Source of the DNA: Pseudomonadota bacterium
GTDB lineage: Bacteria; Bdellovibrionota_B; Oligoflexia; Oligoflexales; RGVZ01
Assembly (NCBI GenBank): GCA_041178085.1
Contig: JBEGVZ010000119.1
Coordinates: 32,001 to 96,000, forward strand
DNA: 64,000 bases
Reading direction: 5' to 3'
Shown: positions 58,834 to 64,000 of the stretch, piece by piece
Numbering within the stretch: position 1 is the stretch's first letter
How the letters are laid out: each line of letters begins with the position of its first letter
Program-made: the position numbers and the translations under genes
The notes under the pieces: generated by a model
The model's input: the letters and a program-made list of their open reading frames with translations, nothing else
Told to the model about the DNA's origin: nothing
Database searches by the model: none

Positions 58834-60231
58834 TCATTCAAAGATCTTGCCTGGGTTCATGATCCCGTCGGGATCAACCAGGTCACGAATCTTCTTCATC
58901 AGCGCGATCTCACCCGGTGAGCGCGAGAATTTCAGATCCTTCTTTTTCAGAAGGCCGATGCCGTGTTCGGCGCTGACGCTGCCACGGTATTTTGGCAGCA
59001 GCGCAAAAATCTTCTCCTCGATTTTTCGGGCCTCTGCCTGAAATGTGTGTTTATCTGCCGACTTTGGACCAGCGTAGTTGATGTGCAGGTTACCGTCACC
59101 GATATGACCAAACAGGACCACCTGAATCTCTTTTGGTGCCTTGGCAACTTCCTCTTCAAGCTCCTTGATAAAGGCATCAAGCTTGTCGATCGGAAGGGAA
59201 ATATCGTTCTTCCTGACCTGACCGTAGCCTGCGAGGGATTCGGTGATGTTTTCACGCAGCCCCCAGAATTCACGGAACTGGGCAGAGTTCTGGGCGATCA
59301 CTGCATCAACGCAAAGACCGTTCTCAAAGACTTTCTCAAGGAGGGGTTCCATCACGTTAGCCCCGGCGGCACCTTCCTCGACTTCAAGCAAAACATAGAA
59401 AGGTGTCCGTTCCTTGAAGGGAGTCCGTGCACCCGGCGACTGCTTCAAGACAATCCCGTGCGCCACATCGGTGAAAAATTCGAATGCAGTGATCGTAACC
59501 CCCTCGGCGTTACACAAGCCCAGGATTGCGGTGATGTCTGCGAACTTTCCGACACCAAGGCAGGCAAGCTGCATATTGCGTGGCTTCGCAACCAGTCGAA
59601 GGGTCATGCGGGTGACAATCCCAAGAGTTCCCTCGGCACCAATGAAAAGCTGCTTCAGGTCATAACCCGTGTTGTTCTTGCGCAAGCTAGAATCCATATC
59701 CAGGACAGTCCCGTCCGGCAATACGACCTCAAGTCCAAGGACCTGCTCCCGGGTTCCACCGAAACGGATGAGCTTCAAGCCTCCCGCATTGGTGCTGACG
59801 TTGCCACCCAACTGACAGCTGCCCTTGGATCCAAGGTCGAGCCCAAAGAAAAGTCCTGCAGCCGCTGCGGCCTCCTGAATTGCCTGGGTCGTCGCTCCGG
59901 CTTCGCACTGGATCGTCAGGCCAACGCGGTCCACAGGCTGGATTTTGTTCATCCTGGAAAGCGAGAGCACCACTTCTTTGTTTCCGGCGACCGCTCCACC
60001 AGCAAGGCCCGTGCGTCCACCGCTCGGCACAACAGGAATTTTGTTGCGGTGGCAGTAACGTATGATTTCGGAAACTTCGCGGGTTGAGCCGGGAAACACA
60101 GCTGCGAGTGGATCGACCGGAAAAATCTTTGTCCAGTCGCAGCCCCAAACTTGCAATTCCGCAGGATCGGTCACGACATGACGCTCACCAACGATCGCCC
60201 GCAAACCTGCAAGAACTTCGTCTGAAATCAT
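58834..60231 (-). CDS. FAD-binding oxidoreductase (GlcD/D-2-hydroxyacid dehydrogenase family)
   Basis: GGRTGLAGGA, GGNVSTNAGG, RKNNTGYDL, GAEGTLG, GHIGDGNLH, AEHGIG, NPGK. Confidence 0.93.
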   Translation of the reverse strand: MISDEVLAGLRAIVGERHVVTDPAELQVWGCDWTKIFPVDPLAAVFPGSTREVSEIIRYCHRNKIPVVPSGGRTGLAGGAVAGNKEVVLSLSRMNKIQPVDRVGLTIQCEAGATTQAIQEAAAAAGLFFGLDLGSKGSCQLGGNVSTNAGGLKLIRFGGTREQVLGLEVVLPDGTVLDMDSSLRKNNTGYDLKQLFIGAEGTLGIVTRMTLRLVAKPRNMQLACLGVGKFADITAILGLCNAEGVTITAFEFFTDVAHGIVLKQSPGARTPFKERTPFYVLLEVEEGAAGANVMEPLLEKVFENGLCVDAVIAQNSAQFREFWGLRENITESLAGYGQVRKNDISLPIDKLDAFIKELEEEVAKAPKEIQVVLFGHIGDGNLHINYAGPKSADKHTFQAEARKIEEKIFALLPKYRGSVSAEHGIGLLKKKDLKFSRSPGEIALMKKIRDLVDPDGIMNPGKIFE

Positions 60232-60391
60232 CGCTGCTCCTGTCGTCCGTCATTTGGTCAATTGCGAATCGCAGCCGCAATCCCCAAACATTGCCGTAAG
60301 TTACGCAAAAAACCTCAATGAGTATGCACCGATTCCGAGGACTCTCGCAACCGGCTGAATGACTGGCTGGTTACTTAGAGGAGATTTCATC

Positions 60392-61861
60392 ATGAAAAGG
60401 TCTATTTTTGCAAAAGCCGGCGCGGCAGGGCTTGCCTTGCTCGCCGCAGGATGCGGCGTCGAACCACCGGGCAACTCCAACATCCAGGCCAAGGACGGAT
60501 GCCACGAAAAGGTCGTTCCGCCCAAGGGCTACTACGACGCCCTTATGGAGCAGAAAACGACGAGCCTCGGCCTGGTGGACACCAAAGCACCGCACGTCCT
60601 TCACATCAACTTCGACGGGGCTCGGATTAAGAAAGGCTTCAAACGGGCAGAGAGTTTCATCCTTTGCGCTGCAGAAGCCACTATCCCGGCCTCGAATTTG
60701 TCCCTTGTCGACCGTGACGAGGTCATCCAGCGCGTGAGTGAGCACTTCAAGGCCGCCGGAGTTGCCCTGAACGTTGTGGCGAGTGCGCCGGCAAGCGGAG
60801 ACTACACGACCATGCACGTCGGGGGCTCCTTCGGCGCGCTTGGCTGCACCGAAAGCAGATCTACCCTGGGCATTGCCCCGTTCGACGACCGGAATGCCAA
60901 CCGCAACGACGTTGGCTTTGTCTTTGATGCTTTCGAGGTGGACGCCGGCGTGATTGCCGATACGATCGCCCACGAAGCGGGACATACTTTCGGACTCGAT
61001 CACACGATCAACATCAAGGACTTGATGCACAGTACGGCAAGGGCAGACGACTTGGCCTTCGCCATCAGCCAGATCGTAAACAGCAGCGAAATCCAGGATG
61101 CTCCTGCTCTGCTGCGCGCCAACATTGCCGCCTTGCCCGGCTTTGTTGACCCGTCGGCACCCGGCGACGCCACCAACGGTGGTTCGACTCCGAGCCCAAC
61201 CCCGGCACCTGGTGGTGGCGGTGGTCTGTTCAGCGGTATCACTGTCCTTGGCAACCTGCTGGGGCAATTGCAACCAAGCCAGGTGATTGACGTGTCGCAG
61301 CTTTTACCAGGATTTGCTGCGTTGATCCCTGGTCTTGTCCCCGGCTACGTGCCTGGCAGCGGGACTAATCCGTTCAACGCAGGTAACTTCTCGAGTGTCA
61401 TGACGGCGTTGCCCGGCCTGCCACAGATCAACACCTTGATCGCGATGGCCGCCCCGGGATTTGCCGGTACGGTTCCCGGCGCTGTGGCTGGGCTTGATCC
61501 AGCGACGATCACGACGCTGGTGGCGCTAGCGGCTTTCGGTGGCTACGGCAGCGTTCCCGCTGCAATCATCGGCGGCCAGGCGGCACTCGGACCGATGCTG
61601 AACTTGCTGATGCAGATGCTCGGAATGAACCTTGCTGGTACGGGAGCACTTCCTGCACCCGCAACGGTGGCAACGCAACTGCCGTCGTACATGACCGCTT
61701 ACAACCTGAATGGCATGACGTCAGCGCCGGACTTGATTGCCGCGATGATGATCCAGGCAGCCTTCATCAATGCCAACTATACGGGCAGCACCCAGCAGGC
61801 ATTGATCTCCGGGCTCATGGTCGCAGCAAGCCAGGCATATACGCAGCTTCCGTCCTACTAG
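60392..61861 (+). CDS. metzincin zinc metalloprotease lipoprotein with uncharged C-terminal domain
   Basis: GAGGAG RBS; AAGC lipobox; HEAGHTFGLDH plus Met-turn DLM. Confidence 0.85.
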   Translation: MKRSIFAKAGAAGLALLAAGCGVEPPGNSNIQAKDGCHEKVVPPKGYYDALMEQKTTSLGLVDTKAPHVLHINFDGARIKKGFKRAESFILCAAEATIPASNLSLVDRDEVIQRVSEHFKAAGVALNVVASAPASGDYTTMHVGGSFGALGCTESRSTLGIAPFDDRNANRNDVGFVFDAFEVDAGVIADTIAHEAGHTFGLDHTINIKDLMHSTARADDLAFAISQIVNSSEIQDAPALLRANIAALPGFVDPSAPGDATNGGSTPSPTPAPGGGGGLFSGITVLGNLLGQLQPSQVIDVSQLLPGFAALIPGLVPGYVPGSGTNPFNAGNFSSVMTALPGLPQINTLIAMAAPGFAGTVPGAVAGLDPATITTLVALAAFGGYGSVPAAIIGGQAALGPMLNLLMQMLGMNLAGTGALPAPATVATQLPSYMTAYNLNGMTSAPDLIAAMMIQAAFINANYTGSTQQALISGLMVAASQAYTQLPSY

Positions 61862-61882
61862 AGGAAACAGGACGCGGGCGGA

Positions 61883-62854
61883 TCAAGGGTTTACAGACCC
61901 TGATCCGCCCAAACCCGCCAGGATTCCAGCCAAAGAAGCCCCGTTGTCTTGCGAAAGGGCCTGCAACAAAATCGGTAACAGATCGTTCGTCTCAAGATTT
62001 GAAAACAATACTGCCAAGGCAGGTTTCAACGCAGCCAGTTCCGGAGCTTTGGCAGAGATTGGATCGACGATACTGCCAAGGAATTCCGGCGTCATGGAAT
62101 CCTGACGCTGCGCAGCTTTTGCAATCCCCCGTAATGCCGACAAGGCAGTCTCTTGGATGTCCGCCTTTGCCTCATCCGAAAGCTGGGGCTTTGCCTGTTT
62201 CGCTCGGATATCTGCTGCGATCCCGGTAATGGTAGCGGCGGCTTCCGGGATGCGCTCGCCGTAAACGACGGGCGCAAGAAAATCCCTGGCAAAGATAATG
62301 GATTTTTCAGCAACCAGTCGTTCCACAGGCTTGGTTGCCTCGGGGAATTTCTCGACAATTGCAGGTCCGAAAAGGCTTGTCATCAACGGCAACAACTCCA
62401 CCACCTTTTCGACCCTTGAAGGCGCCAAGTTGAACTTCGAGATTTTTTCGCCGGACTTGCACCCGATGACATTGGCGCCATTTTCCTGCTTGTGTCCGCA
62501 AACATCGGCAAGCTCGCCCTTGTCAATGTCCAGGCACTTGATGCGCACGAGCTTTGACGGCTGGCACTCGAAACATGCCTTTCTTGTCCTGGACGGGGAT
62601 ATCAGTTGCTGGAGCACGGAGAACAGATCGTCACGCCCCATGTCTGGGTCAACGATTTCCTTGCATGAAGCCGGCAACCCAGGATTGCCCAAACTGATGG
62701 ATCCTGTACCGGGCTTCTCGAAGTCCGTCACCACGGCGTCGGCCGACCGGTCGACGACACGATTGGTTTCGACGGCCGGTTTTTTTCCACAAGCGGTCGC
62801 ACCAACAAAAATTGCGAGGATGGTGTGCAGATGATTTGAAGGCGCGCGTGCCAT
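61883..62854 (-). CDS. hypothetical lipoprotein
   Basis: ATAC lipobox; six-Cys N-terminal region; helical C-terminus. Confidence 0.7.
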   Translation of the reverse strand: MARAPSNHLHTILAIFVGATACGKKPAVETNRVVDRSADAVVTDFEKPGTGSISLGNPGLPASCKEIVDPDMGRDDLFSVLQQLISPSRTRKACFECQPSKLVRIKCLDIDKGELADVCGHKQENGANVIGCKSGEKISKFNLAPSRVEKVVELLPLMTSLFGPAIVEKFPEATKPVERLVAEKSIIFARDFLAPVVYGERIPEAAATITGIAADIRAKQAKPQLSDEAKADIQETALSALRGIAKAAQRQDSMTPEFLGSIVDPISAKAPELAALKPALAVLFSNLETNDLLPILLQALSQDNGASLAGILAGLGGSGSVNP

Positions 62855-62878
62855 GACGACTCCCGAAAATTTCCTCTC

Positions 62879-62906
62879 TTATCGGAAAAATCCGGGCAAA
62901 ACCTGA
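62879..62906 (-). promoter_or_regulatory. putative sigma28 promoter
   Basis: TCAGGTTT...TCCGATAA (TCAG-N17-CCGA) on the minus strand. Confidence 0.55.
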
Positions 62907-63866
62907 TCACAGGGCTTCGAAGCGGGTTGCCTCGAGTTCGATGCGAACCTTGCCGACGAAGATATCGCCAATCCTTCCGAGTACTTGGCCATTACCGACA
63001 CCGCCACCCTGGGCGTTTCGAAATGGGCCGCCGGCACCGGGAAATAAAGCATTTTGATTCGCGGAAGAGGAGCCTGAGCTGCCGCCCACAAAGCTGCTGA
63101 CATTACCCTCGATAACAATCTTCGGCACCACAAGGGGACGTGCGTTCCACAGCATTTCAATACGGTCAAAAATAAAAGCGTCGCTTTTCGGGATGCCATC
63201 GTACCCCGTTGATGTCATTTCCCAGTGGAGCACCTGATCAAGCTTTCGTCCGAGCAACTCGGAATTGTAGGTCTCCTTGACACCCAAAACTCGCACGCGG
63301 GTAGTGCCACTAGTTGAAACAAATTTGCCTGAAACAGGGTCCGTCCATTTCGCCGTGTGATTGCTCGTCTGGTCCAGGCCTACGAACAATTGAGGGTTCT
63401 GGACAATTGGGCCAACGACCAGGGGACGCGCGGGTTCAAATGTGACGCCACCAATATTCTTGATCCGTAGCATCGTTCCATCTGCCTGGACCTCGTTTTT
63501 CACATCCAGTGATCCTGAAATCCCTTGCAGCAGCTTGCCCATGTCCACAGGACGATTCATGCAAATCATGGCGCCTGTTGAAGGGCCAAAGCTGAGGTCG
63601 CTCATCAACTGCAAATCAACTCCGCCGCTGCAGAATTCCATATTCGCCGGGCCAGTGCCATTGACCCTGACCCGATAGGAAGCCATGGCGATCGGCACTG
63701 CTTTGCGCGCGTTTTCCGGGTTTGCATTCGAATTTCCCATGCGCGCCTTACGCGCAGCAGGATCAAGGAAGACATCATCATCAGCGGCATTGCGACAGGC
63801 ATTCAATGGCAATATTGCCATCAGGCCAAGGCCCAAAATTGCCAGTTTCAGAACACGCCGCATCAC
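62907..63866 (-). CDS. hypothetical lipoprotein
   Basis: LNAC lipobox; 319-aa beta-rich ORF. Confidence 0.7.
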   Translation of the reverse strand: MMRRVLKLAILGLGLMAILPLNACRNAADDDVFLDPAARKARMGNSNANPENARKAVPIAMASYRVRVNGTGPANMEFCSGGVDLQLMSDLSFGPSTGAMICMNRPVDMGKLLQGISGSLDVKNEVQADGTMLRIKNIGGVTFEPARPLVVGPIVQNPQLFVGLDQTSNHTAKWTDPVSGKFVSTSGTTRVRVLGVKETYNSELLGRKLDQVLHWEMTSTGYDGIPKSDAFIFDRIEMLWNARPLVVPKIVIEGNVSSFVGGSSGSSSANQNALFPGAGGPFRNAQGGGVGNGQVLGRIGDIFVGKVRIELEATRFEAL

Positions 63867-63869
63867 GGT

Positions 63870-64000
63870 TTACTCCAACTTGGTGAGCGCTTCGAGCGTT
63901 GCCTTGACACCTGTACTCAGGGTCTGGCTGATCTGCTCTGTGAGCAGACGGTCCACGCCGAGGGAATGGATGTAGAGGTCCAACACCATGTCTACATAGA
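63870..64000 (-). CDS. 3' end of a gene running off the window
   Basis: Open frame YVDMVLDLYIHSLGVDRLLTEQISQTLSTGVKATLEALTKLE*, stop 3 bp before the next start. Confidence 0.55.
   Translation of the reverse strand, partial: YVDMVLDLYIHSLGVDRLLTEQISQTLSTGVKATLEALTKLE

Overview
Bacterial chromosomal segment, probably from Bdellovibrionota/Oligoflexia (inferred from the flagellar gene set, the Myxococcus/Bdellovibrio-type OM barrel and the many VWA- and Cys-rich lipoproteins). Core genes: alr; rpmH-rnpA-yidD-yidC-jag-mnmE (no dnaA or mnmG adjacent); a degenerate aldehyde dehydrogenase; pgm; ssb; smc; an Omp85 barrel; hldD; tatB; lysA; a flagellar operon fliLMNOPQR-flhBAFG-fliA-cheY; pckG; an FAD oxidoreductase; and many exported lipoproteins. 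The main accessory feature is a 6.8-kb island (20984-27777) between two 634-bp direct repeats (~96.5% identical by manual count) that duplicate the 3' ends of smc and of a convergent VWA-lipoprotein gene. The island has no integrase. Its six cargo genes all encode exported proteins (including a serine protease and an orphan lipoprotein NuiA-like nuclease inhibitor), and they alternate with three co-oriented IS91/ISCR-like rolling-circle element remnants. This suggests an ISCR-style gene-capture array. A sigma28-like motif (T[AC]A[AG]-N16/17-CCGA) recurs upstream of seven secreted-protein genes. No rRNA, tRNA or CRISPR array was recognised.
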